Origin: Polymyxa betae A26-41
Taxonomy: Eukaryota; Protista; Endomyxa: Phytomyxea
Direction: 5' to 3'
Assembly (NCBI GenBank): GCA_003693705.1
Contig: RBZT01000312.1
Location: forward strand, 208,095-272,094
Length of the DNA stretch: 64,000 bases
The notes below the pieces were generated by a model. The model was not told where the DNA came from, did no database searches, and worked only from the letters and a program-made list of their open reading frames with translations. Shown piece by piece: positions 37,154 to 48,405 of the stretch; position 1 is the first letter of the stretch; each line of letters starts with the position of its first letter. Position numbers and translations under genes: made by a program.

Positions 37154-39341
37154 ATGCTGGCGAGACGATCGGATAATAGTTACTCGGAGGAATTCCGGCG
37201 AAAGCTCATGGCTGAGAAATTGCTGCCGCGAGCAGATGGAGACCGTCCCAATCTGCTGACTGATCGGCAGGCGTATATCAGCTATTTGGAAGTGCAATTA
37301 GATCGAGTCACAGCTTCATGTATGGCAGTGCAGGCGTTTAGTGATCGAATACAACAAGTCCAGGATCATGCAACCTTGAACGAATCACGTCTACAAAATG
37401 TAGCTTTTTGTGGCCAGAATTTCATGATCATTTATTGTTATTCAGCTGACACAAGAGGTGCATGTGGGCTTTACAGAACGTGACCGCAGTGTTGAAAAGC
37501 TTGAAACTTTCGATAAGAAGATCCAGGAGAGACTACAGGCTATTGAGGATCGGTGCAAGACGTTAGAATCGCAAATTAAGAGTGTAATGATAGATGTTCC
37601 AGATATCGAATCTCAGGTGTTTGATGTTTGGCGGACTCCAGCATCGATCTGACGACTTTGTAGATTCATCGGATTGTAAAGACCAAGCTCGACTCAATCC
37701 TGACAGACAATGAGCATTTAGAACATAAGCTCACCAAGCTGCTTAATCTGCAAATCGACGCGTTGTCTCAATCTCAGAGGTATAGCTGCCTGGTCATCGC
37801 TAAATAATGTCTAAATTGTGAACAACAAGTGATTCCGAGAGGCGATTGACAACGATGATGAGCAATGATAAAGACTATATGGAGTCAACTGTTAGAAATT
37901 CGGAGAAACATTGGGCAATGGCCTGGGAGCAAGCCAATGCTGATCTAAATGATCGCATTGAGAAAATTAAGCATGATGTTATTCGTGAGCTTCATGAACG
38001 TGTCTGTGAACTATTGATTGCTTCGCGGTCCTGTTTGATTCTTCTCTCAGATGGGCATCGATGACATTCAGAAAGCTCGAGAACTGCAGTCACGTCGCCT
38101 TGCTCAGCTTCAAGAACAAGCAAGTTCTTTCTTTTCTCCTTGCGATCTAAGTTCATATTAGCTACAGATGGCATCGTTACGACCCGGGATAACGACACAT
38201 TTGAACAATTTGTCAGACAAGTTGAGAACATTTGTATGAACAAGCCGTGAAATTCTATTTGTTGTACTGAATATCATGCAGGAAAACAGGGAGGTTGAAC
38301 GAGATCGCGTGTTTCAAACTGTTGAAGCTCGTGTGAAGTCAGCTGAGCAAATCTGTTCCCGTATTGCACATGATACTCTTAAGAAGGTAAACTCATTAGA
38401 TCTGTTTGGGCCAAACTGATCATGACCTTTGCTTTCAGGTTGAACTTCATCGACAAGAAAATCTTCAGAGATTGAATGAGATGTCAAGCGGTATTCGTAA
38501 TGACTCGTTCAAGGTTGAGATGCGAACAGAGCTGCGACGTTGGGAAGAGGCAATGTCAACACTGATTCAGAATACAGAGAGGCAGGTTAGAACGAATTGG
38601 ATATCCAAATGCCATTGTTCTTATCGATTCGATGAAGATAAAAAAGCTATCCGATTCGATGATAGCCACGAAACCTGCTGTACCAACTGACTCTAAAGGC
38701 ATGAATGAGAACAAGAAATTGCCAACTAATGGCTCGACAAAAGCAACAACTAAAGCGGCGACCAGTTCTGCCAAGTATACCAAACTTGTTGTAATTAAAC
38801 TGAACTAATTTGGAAAAAGGATAACACGAGGGCATACACAATCAGAGGCGAAGCAGCACCCGCCTTGGTTAAACGTCTTATCTAAGTGGCAACAGCATCA
38901 CTCACCGCGACAATCATTATCAAAGAGTTCGTCATCGACAAGCGATTCTACGCCTATAAGAGATGGTATAAAATATGATTTGTGCAAACGCGAATTTGAT
39001 AGGCGATATCGATGCAGATAAGAGGAACGCTGATGATTACGAGTCTAATTGGAATGCAATTGCGACAACTATCCAACAACTGGATCGTGACTGCAGAAGA
39101 GAAGTCGATAATAGAACAACACCAACGATAAGTAAGCGGTTTTGATGATGACGATAACGCAACGCTAACGAACATTACAGAGGAATTAAACAAGTCATCC
39201 ACGAGAGTCGCAGAGAGTAAAAGATCTGTAATAAGACGATCAAAAAAAGCTTCTGACATCAGATCAGCGTCGCCGAAAGTACTTGCGACATCAAAGAAGA
39301 AATTACAATTAGGAGTGAACCACCGAATAATAAAAAGGTAG
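37154..39341 (+). CDS. Multi-exon coiled-coil hypothetical protein
   Basis: DRQAYISYLEVQLDRVTASC followed by heptad-rich exons separated by short introns. Confidence 0.6.
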
Positions 39342-39344
39342 TAT

Positions 39345-40229
39345 TCACGAAACCAGATTGATTCCACTGTGCTCTTTTTGGAAGACGAACGTCTTCTTAG
39401 AAATGAAATCAGTCACCAAATCAACGAATTCAATGGCATGATCTCGGCCAGACAGATCGTGACTGGCCCCTGGAAGGAGAGTGTGGGTGCTCTCTGGAAT
39501 AAGTTTGGCAACACGTTCAGAGAATCGTTTTTGATCAATGCCGTCAGGGACAAACTCGTCGGCGAGAGAAAATACCCACAATGAGGGAACGGAAATATGC
39601 CCTAAAACCTGAAGCATCTCTTGCTCAGTGAAATCGGTGCTAAACAGATCATCGTCTGTTAGCCTCCCAGCCAGAGACGCAAACCTGTATGCTGTTATAG
39701 CACATCCAAATAATCTGGCTTCTGGTAAAAAGTTGTCTCCTTTTCCACACGCGATCATGTCCAGCGAAGTCTTGAGACTGGATTCTACATCTGGTATCGC
39801 CGATAGTATATAATGTCGATCAGAAACCGGCGCTTGTAGAATTACACCTTGAATGATTCCATCCAGAGATGAATAGGCTTTCAGAAAAGACACACAATCT
39901 TGGCAACCGGTTGAGTGCCCCAACAAAAAAATCGATTGCGATCCTCTCCCAATCAAGAACTTGCAAACAGCAAGAATATCGTCGACATCATCTGCTATTG
40001 AAAAAGCCCCAAATGCATTGCCCGCAGATTTCAGCTGGCACTGGACCAACGACATCGAACTTGGAAGTCTCTGATGCAGCAGCGTCATCACATCCTGCAT
40101 CGCCAACAGCCTATCCGTCAATCCTGGCACGAAGACCAGATGCGATGAAGCCTGGGGATCGCCCGAGACGAACACGATCGGCGATGCATTTGTCTCTGAG
40201 TTGTTTATCGAATGGAGCCACCCGTTCAT
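39345..40229 (-). CDS. DUF1749/UPF0613 alpha/beta hydrolase (SidJ-like esterase), intronless
   Basis: FVPGLTD, nucleophile elbow GHSTGCQD, ILQAPVSDR, DDLFSTD, DEFVP, GASH. Confidence 0.88.
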   Translation of the reverse strand: MNGWLHSINNSETNASPIVFVSGDPQASSHLVFVPGLTDRLLAMQDVMTLLHQRLPSSMSLVQCQLKSAGNAFGAFSIADDVDDILAVCKFLIGRGSQSIFLLGHSTGCQDCVSFLKAYSSLDGIIQGVILQAPVSDRHYILSAIPDVESSLKTSLDMIACGKGDNFLPEARLFGCAITAYRFASLAGRLTDDDLFSTDFTEQEMLQVLGHISVPSLWVFSLADEFVPDGIDQKRFSERVAKLIPESTHTLLPGASHDLSGRDHAIEFVDLVTDFISKKTFVFQKEHSGINLVS

Positions 40230-40343
40230 CGTGGGTGCGCCCCAAAGCCCCAAATGGGATGGTGTAACGTAATGGCTGAAGTCGGATAATATAGTGTCGC
40301 TGAGCCTAATCAGTAATCAGCGAGTGCGTAACCCGCCGCGCCC

Positions 40344-41675
40344 ATGTTCTCCACATTCCTTCGTCGTCAGTCCATACTCGTTCGTCATTTAGCTATGACG
40401 GCCGCCCAGACCACCCATGTTCCTGTCGTTATCATCGGCAGCGGGCCATCTGGTACCTGAAAGATTCAAGTGCTCAAATCCGTTTCTGATTGCAATGCGA
40501 AAGGTCTGACTGCTGGAATTTACGCTGGGCGTGCTGGATTGACACCGGTCATTGCTGCCGGATCTGTTCTCGGGACTAATATTCCAGGGGGGCAGCTGAT
40601 GATTACGACGGATGTCTCAAATTACCCAGGTTGATGATTTTCCAACTTCTGGCTATCCCCGACCTAAGTTTTGTAAAGGATTTCCTGAAGATATCACCGG
40701 CCCTGAACTAATGGAACGAATGTTCGCCCAAGCTAAGCGCTTCGGATGTAAAGTCATCGAATCATTTGCTACGAATGTACACTTGAAACCTGGTGGTCCT
40801 CACAAAGTTTGTGTTCATTCAAGCAATAGATCGGCACCAAAGATTGGCTTAGGTTCTGATCGGCGAAGACTGGTACAGCTGTGATGCACTTATTCTAGCC
40901 AATGGCGCCAGAGCACGGTGGCTGAATGCACCTGGAGAAGATAAATTCGTCAACCGTGGCATCTCTGCTTGTGCAACCTGTCAGTGATAATCACAATGGC
41001 CATTGTGATCTGCTTAGCTCTGTTTGCCTTAGGCGATGGGCCGCTGCCTGTTTTCCGAAACAAGCATATTTATGTCGTCGGTGGTGGCGACAGCGCTTGT
41101 GAAGAGGCACTGTTTCTAGCTAAATTTGCGAGCAAAGTCTTCATTATTCATCGTCGCGATAAACTTCGTGCGTCGAAGGCCATGGCGGATCGAGTGTTTC
41201 AGAATCCCAAGGTATCGCTTTAGCTCTGCTTTAATATCATCACCTGTAATTTCGTATACTTAGATTGAAGTGCTGTTTAACAAGAATGTTGCCGGATATC
41301 TGGGCAAAGACATGCTTGAGGGTATCACTTTACAAGATACAGTAACCGGAGACTCCAAAGATGTCGAAGCCGGTGGATTATTCATGGCTATTGGCCATGA
41401 TCCCAATACCGCCCATCTAAAAAATTCTGGTCGGTACTATGATGGTTTGCTACAAACCCCTGTTTGATCAGGATTTCTAAGGCATCGAACTGGACGAGGC
41501 TGGTTACATCAAAGTTCGTGACAGCGTATTTACGAATATTGATGGTGTCTTCACTTGTGGCGACTGTCACGATAAAACCTATCGTCAAGCGATTACGGCT
41601 GCTGGATTTGGCTGCATGGCAGCGATTAGTTGTGAGCGGTGGCTGGAAACGCAATCGGCGTCGAAACATTCGTAA
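40344..41675 (+). CDS. NADPH-dependent thioredoxin reductase, low-MW (TrxB/NTR) type
   Basis: [34 protein letters not shown] (split by an intron), [20 protein letters not shown]. Confidence 0.95.
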
Positions 41676-41711
41676 TTCACTGTTTAAAATACTGTATTTT
41701 GATTATACCGT

Positions 41712-42950
41712 TTACTGCTTTGTTGCTTGAAGTAAGTCTGCAGTCAATTGGAATGATGACTTGTGGTCGAGGAACAATCTTGACATTTGTTGAACAAATG
41801 CTGAATGTATCGAACTGAACGACATGACATCTGGAGGCCTTGAATCGTCCCATAGGCGATCAAACCTAAACCAGAGTATCGCATACAGATCGATGAAAGC
41901 ATCCATTGAAGCTCTTCCTCTGGCAAACAGAAATCTGCAAGAATTGATTATGTCAATACTACGAGCATAGCTGTAGCTCACCTGTCGCATACACCTGTTT
42001 TAACGAACTGCAAAGCATCACTTGTCAAACGGATTCCACAGATGGCAAATCCAGGACTATACAAAAAAATTACTACAAAGTATAGACACAAATTGCTGTC
42101 GTACTATTTAATAGGATCTCGACCATACGAGCTGCAAATTGACCTTGCCAAGGCGGGATACCTTTCACAAAAGTCGACCTGATCGCGAAATTGAAAAGTC
42201 AGAGAAACAGCTTAAACTGATTACCAGATTCTGAAGCCCGAGTATCCCATTGCCTCTAAAATCGGAAGCGGGATTCTTTCCTTGGAACCTTCAAAATCAA
42301 TTACTCACCGAAACACTGTATTCATTTCACTAACCCGATTTGATCCCATTCCTTCGAAATCCTTCCTGGATAAAGGGTATCAGGTTTTAACGCTTTCCAC
42401 AACTGAGCGAACTTTAGAAGAAGGTTCAGGAGACGTGTCATAATTCAACCTTTGTCAGCAGAGCTGTATGGTGGGGATCACTATCATTAAAGGCGACATC
42501 TCGAGCTTTTCCGAGTTCATCGACTAATAAAGCAATTCCTTTTACAGCCAAAAAGCATTCTTGCACAACACTGCATGTCTTGGGATTGTCCAAGCGTTTA
42601 GTCTGGCATGTGAACTCAAACATTTCCGTGACGTCAGTGTTCACCTCTACAGGGAACAGTCCTTTAAGGGACTTCGATTCAACCAGAGTGCATTTCATTG
42701 CATATAAACGATCTGCTTCCGTTGAGAAGCGCCTATGCGCCACTCGGCTAATCTCGTCTTTATCGGTATACCAGTGGACTAACAAATTCAGAACTTAGTT
42801 GGGCATGGTTTGAAGGCACAGACTCAAGGTTTTGAAAGCGGATATAATTGGTACAAGGATGACATTGGCGATTGTATTCGGAACATAACGGATGACGCCG
42901 CGTATAATCCAGATGATGCTATCGCCCAGATCGGCGACAGACGGCGACAT
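41712..42950 (-). CDS. ELMO/CED-12 domain protein (ELMOD-type Arf-like GAP)
   Basis: LWKALKP..RISKEWDQIGFQGKNPASDFRGNGILGLQNL and F.FDRLW..PPDVMSF. Confidence 0.88.
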
Positions 42951-42992
42951 TATCAACACAGGCGATTGAACCACACGCAATATTATGTGCAC

Positions 42993-44369
42993 TTATTTGT
43001 AAGCTATGGCAAAAGCCGGAAGCCAGGGACTGTCTTCATGTAGAACCAGATCATCGTCATCAAAGCTTGTTTGATTACTTCCTGATCTGGGAGTCGCAAA
43101 GATTGCCGATAAGAAGGTTAATTGAATCTTTTTCTGGTCTTTTGCGGTAATCGTTCTTTCCGATCCGAGATTGATGATGTTCTTTGAAGATAATTGGCGT
43201 TCGCTTCTATTTTGGATAGAAACATTCCTAGCATTGTGAATACTGTGCTGGGATCGAAACCCATTTCTGAAAATATCGCAGATGCAGCAATCGATTTGCC
43301 CGCAAGGAGGCCTTGACTAGTTAGTAAAGAAATCGCATTGTTTGGGAAGACCAGATGCTCCATGAAACCGTGCGGTTAACCTTGGGGTAATCCCTTTGGA
43401 GCTCAAGACATCTTGGAACTGAGAAAACGTTCGAGATATGCCTGGGCCCGCAGAAATCTTGAAGATTCTACAAACCTTGCCCTTACGACAATTTTCATTA
43501 AACAGGGTTTCAACCCTTGTATGATCAGGATGCGCTCGCTTGAGCAGATGAACTTCGAATTCCAAGGAATTACTTCCGAAAACAAGCTCAACATCGCTTC
43601 TATCAGACGGTTTCAAACCTCTGTTGTTTGACAGAATCCAATGGGATTCCGAGCAGAAACTGAGGCAATTGCCGCTTGTATCAAGTAATGAAGTCTTGGT
43701 ACAGCCTTGAAGAGAGCATGGCTTTTCAGATACAAGCAATGGCCCTTCCAGTTTCATTGCACACATGCTTGAGCAGCAACCGGAATTACTTCGTATCCAG
43801 CGTTGCTTAAAGCAACCTGGCTGTTTACATCGTCTCTGGCGATCGAATTTATCTTGAATGGCATGCCTGGTACTGCAGTATTCGGCTTGAATTCCGCTTA
43901 TAGGATCTCTATAAACGGGGTCGATACAAGTTGGCAATAAGCACGTTATTGAACCAGAGAATGGGGATGTGCAACAGAATTCACCATTGTTAATCGCGAT
44001 TCTTGCATGTTTAACACTGCAGAAGGCCATCTTTGCGTTTGTTCCGAAATTCGTTGCGGAAGTGCACGATTTCAGTCTGCAGCTGCGTACGTTTCTGCTA
44101 TTGCACTCAGCTGAACGATTGGCTCTATGCTTCAAAGCATGTTTGTTGCTGCAATACATGCCCTGCTGACGAGAGATAGGGTCGCGATATACTGGCCAAT
44201 CACAGCCTGGCAGTGCACATTGGCGGTTGCCAATACAAGGCTTCTGCAGCTCCAGCCGATTTGCAGCATGCTGGACATGTTTAACACAGCAATAAGATGC
44301 TCGACTATTAAATGACGAGTCATTATAGACAGGCTGACTGCATGTCGACAGTGCACATATGACGTGCAT
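42993..44369 (-). pseudogene. Cys/His zinc-finger repeat protein with a degenerate PARP/ART-like C-terminal domain, interrupted by in-frame TAG (43317-43319)
   Basis: Six C-x4-C..C-x3-H/C repeats; RFHG..C..*..C....CCIC.I...GF, with the same frame continuing 107 codons to DDDLVLHEDSPWLPAFAIAYK. Confidence 0.6.
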
Positions 44370-44456
44370 GACGTTACCCCCGACTGGATTGCGGCCTCCT
44401 CACTCCCAACTTACCTAGATGAATTCAATGATAAATTCGAATTAAAGATGTTAAAT

Positions 44457-44640
44457 TCAGTGCTGTATCACTGAGGGCGAATTTCAATTTCATAAAGTTT
44501 ATGTTCAATATAATTTGCATAACGAAATTATATTGTGTGAAGTTTGGTTTTCTATACAGCACTGATATCAAAAGCCGTTAAAACCACTGTTGAAGATTGA
44601 TGGATAAACTGGAACCAGACACGCTTCTTTATCCATCAAT
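44457..44640. repeat. Cluster of inverted repeats, MITE-like
   Basis: 12-bp IR at 44457-44468/44554-44565, nested 11-bp IR at 44506-44516/44525-44535, and 13-bp IR at 44596-44608/44628-44640. Confidence 0.7.
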
Positions 44641-45261
44641 GGAATCGACTACATTCCAGAACAGCGCCCAATAGGACGCGACTCTTTTCACACGAGTTAA
44701 AGCATGCAGGATTACGCTATGAAATCGGTGTTGCCACTGAACGCTCAGAAATAGTGCACATCGCTGGATGTAGTGATTGCGCTTTCGTCCATTCTTATCC
44801 GTCTTCGCTAATCCATGGTTTAATCACTATTCCATCGGCGTTTTTGATAATGCCACTCTTATTGATTATAAAACCTCAGGAATTACGTTCAGGACTGGAT
44901 TAACTTTTTTCATTTCACGGATAATATTCATCATTCCATAGCACTGGTACAAGGTGAGCATGAACACCAGGACGCTGATAGACAGGCGAGACTCCATCGA
45001 GAAGAGAAGCGAATGCGTTGCGGATCTGGATCATTACGAACCGCAGTCTATAGTTTTCGTAGACCTTGGGTCGTTCTGAATTGGTCGGAGTCGCCAACAG
45101 CTCTGTACCATCGTTGCCACTCTCGCCATATATCCTGGCTTGAGATCGGTAGGGTTTCGTGACCCCGTTTGCACCTAGGACAACGACGATGTGCACAAGA
45201 GTGGACTGGTATTCCAATAGAACAGTGGCGATCTGTGAATATGTCGTCTTCATGATTTGTA

Positions 45262-46008
45262 ATGCCTATCTCTCTCTTCGTTTATTACGAGGCAAAGTGC
45301 ACAACGAAATCGGTCTTCACCATTGCAACGTTGGCGTTGGGCAAAGTCAACGTCGTGTTCGTTGGTATGCGGTTTTTTGTACAAAGACGATATGCTCTCC
45401 ATATCCTACCATTTATTATAACAATTATTGCTCTATGCCTTGGTTTGCCATGGATGGGAACCACGGGCCCTGGCTGGCTTCTTTTGTCTTATCTCGTATT
45501 GCAAATGACGATGCAATACGCCTACCGTGAACAGATTGGCATGGATGAATCTTTCAGTCTCTGGCAACGGATGGTGTTCACTCGATGGAATGTGCTATTC
45601 GTAATTATTCAATCGCTGCCAGGCTGTATATTGGCATTCAGATCGCCCAAATTTGCATCAATTCCTCATCAATATTGATAATCACCGGCAAAACAATTTG
45701 TATCGCTGGGTGCATTATTCATCACTGCTATCGACATCATCCTTTCCGTTTACCTCTTTTGCACGCAGATTCCCGTTCTAGCTCTCTCAGTGAGTCTGGG
45801 ATGCTGCTTCCTGATCGCGTTACTCGGTGTATTTGGTTTCGCGCTAATGCAAATCAAATGTGTGATCATTTTGTTATTCCCTGTTGGCGTCGCTGTGTGC
45901 AATAATCTCATATCTCGGTATCGAATTCGTGCACTTCGACAACGTTCAATGTCTCAACAAATTGACTACCTACCGACCGTAACGAACAAACCTTTGGGAT
46001 TATGTTGA
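45262..46008 (+). pseudogene. Possible disrupted multi-pass membrane protein
   Basis: Two hydrophobic segments in the same frame separated by TGA-TAA at 45676-45681; no clearly frame-restoring intron. Confidence 0.35.
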
Positions 46009-46542
46009 TGCATTATCGTATATATAACACGATGGCATAGATATGCTACCCTGTCCACTACGCCGTTATCAATGCACCGAGGCAGTAGTAATGCATGTCA
46101 CCAGCCTAATCCCACGGGGGCGTCATCGTCTCGTCTACCAATCGGATACGTTTCTCCATTCAATTTAGGCAATAAATGTTCCATTTCACCTTCCAGCATT
46201 TTTTAATCGAAACAATCTCTAGTGGGGAATGTCTTCTGAGAATCGTTGATCTATCCCGTCCGCCACCTGGGTGCTGGAAGTGACACTCATTTGTCAAAAC
46301 CTACGTATTTCATTATTATCATTTATTATTAATAAATAATAACGTCTGAAAAAACACTTGTTGTTTCTCATTTCTTAAATGCGCTTCTGGAATGGCAGCT
46401 GTACAGTATCGTAGGCTTTTACACTTCTCCGCCCAATATTTTGACTTAGATATGATTGCTGAAACACAATGATTTATTGTTACTGCTTTTTAGCGTCGTC
46501 GATTATTTGTCTATTTCACTGGAATCTTCTGACAGAAAAGAA

Positions 46543-47189
46543 ACTATTGAACAATCTTCCTTTAACTCCAACAGTTTTCAGAAATAAGATTATATTATCG
46601 TTAAAATCAGCATGAGGAAGAATGACGAATGCCTTTCCGCTACATGTCATCGGTAATCGCGGATTATGTACTCTTGTGTCATGACTTCGTTAGGACAAAT
46701 TAATAGTTCTCGAACTTTCAGTAACACAAGAAATATCTCGTGTGACTGTGTCTTATTACAATAAATACGACAAAATAAACTACTGCTTCTGATCGGGCTG
46801 AGCCTTAGGGCTCAGCCCGATCAACGAACGTTTCTACCAACATCACTTGTTGTGTCGCTATCGCCTTCTTCTTCTTCTTCTTCGATATTCTTCTTCTCTC
46901 CTTCTCTTCTCTCCACTTCTTCCTCTTTTCCCATTCCTCGACCCCTGTAGTAGTTGGGTCATAACACTCTGGCAGTAGTAGTTTTGTTAAAATGAGATAG
47001 TCTATCCCATTCATCTGGTTCAAATAATTCAGGTAACGAGAAAATCACGTTTAACAACAAGGTCATCGGGACTATTGAACAATCTTCCTTTAACTCCAAC
47101 AGCTTTCTTAAATGAGATCATATTATCGTTAAAGTCAGCATGAGGAAGAATGACCAATGCCTTTCCGCTACATGTCATCGGTAATCGCG
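46543..47189. repeat. 119-bp direct duplication (46543-46661 vs 47071-47189), about 7 mismatches
   Basis: Manual alignment. Confidence 0.9.
46677..46966. mobile_element. Solo-LTR-like insertion (290 bp)
   Basis: Termini TGTCATGAC...GTCATAACA (8/9 inverted); flanked by ctcttg/ctctgg (6-bp TSD, one mismatch); excision restores the host reading frame. Confidence 0.8.
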
Positions 47190-47357
47190 TATTTTGATCA
47201 ACTGGGGGCAGGCCCACCTGGAAGCTGTCGGGAGCCGGCCCCTTTAAAAATTTTAAAAGCGAGACTTCTCTGGCTCGCTGCTGTCATGAGCGCAACCCGA
47301 GAATGCAGCTCAACAGCGCGGTGCCTGCTTGCACAGCAGTTCTTACTGCTGGCAGCC

Positions 47358-47632
47358 TGTCACATGATAATAAATCAACTGCATCTAGCTCAGTTCGATT
47401 AACGCCCGTTTTGGACTAAAACCCTATTCTGTATCGTCGCCCCTGTTTCTGTCTCCTTCGTAGTCTTCCTCTGCTCGTCGTACTCCCGTGTATTCCGATT
47501 TTCTGGTATTCTTATATTCTTATATTATACTTTCCAGTCTATATAACTCGCTTCTGTTCTGTAGCATTACAGTCCTTATATTCTCGTATCTTTTTATCTA
47601 ATTTTATAATACTGTAGTTCTGGTCCATTACA
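47358..47632. mobile_element. Second solo-LTR-like insertion (275 bp)
   Basis: TGT...ACA termini, flanks gcagcc/gctgcc (6-bp TSD, one mismatch), TATATAA inside, composition unlike the flanks. Confidence 0.6.
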
Positions 47633-48405
47633 GCTGCCCCGACAATCGCGAACGTTGGATGGATTTGCATCTGGTCGTCACCGGTCTTCATCAGCATCTG
47701 ATGGAATTCTCTCATGCTTGGAACTAAAGAACGAAATAAATCTAAAACTCAAACACAACTTGCGCCCACAGAGTCTACCTGAAGCCTGATTAAGGCGTGA
47801 AGCGATCTCATGATGGATAGAGGCGATGAGGTTGGCATATGCAATCTCTTTATCATCATTTCCAGTATCCTCTGCATGCTTCCGCATCGTCTAGGCTTCG
47901 TCAAGTCGGCGTTCGAGCGAGAGGATCTTGTCCTCGACAGACCCTCTTAAATACGACTCCATGACGAATGAGAGAATGGGTGCGCGTGACTGGCCTTCTC
48001 AGCCTCCTACACCTGACACTAGAAGTGATTTAAAAAAGAATCTCGTATAATTATTAGTCTTATTATGTACTCGCCTGGGAGTGACCTGTTGTGAAGCTGA
48101 CTCGATAGTGTCATGTGCCGACAATGGTACATGCGTTCGGCAACAGGAATAGACAGTCTGTTGTCATGGCGTCGGGGGGCAACCGGATCAAGGAAGAGAG
48201 TCGATATCGCATACTCGCAGTGCGAGTGCAACAGAATGTCGATAGACAGAGTCAAACTGTATTACTGTCGTAATGTACCAGCGACTGGTGATTGCAGATT
48301 GCCGAGTCAACCTCTACTGATGGGGTCGACCCCATCGGCCCCGATGACCTTCCAGGCTGAGGGTTCCGCTTCTTATTATCATCATAATGGTTTATTCACA
48401 ACCTA

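Larger units (their letters stand above)
46510..47962 (-). pseudogene. Decayed gene (N-terminal coiled coil, one intron) with internal stops, partial duplication and two insertions
   Basis: MESYLRGSVEDKILSLERRLDEA*TMRKH...; removing insert 46677-46966 plus one TSD copy restores NKTTTARVHNPRLPMTCSGKAFVILPH. Confidence 0.7.
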
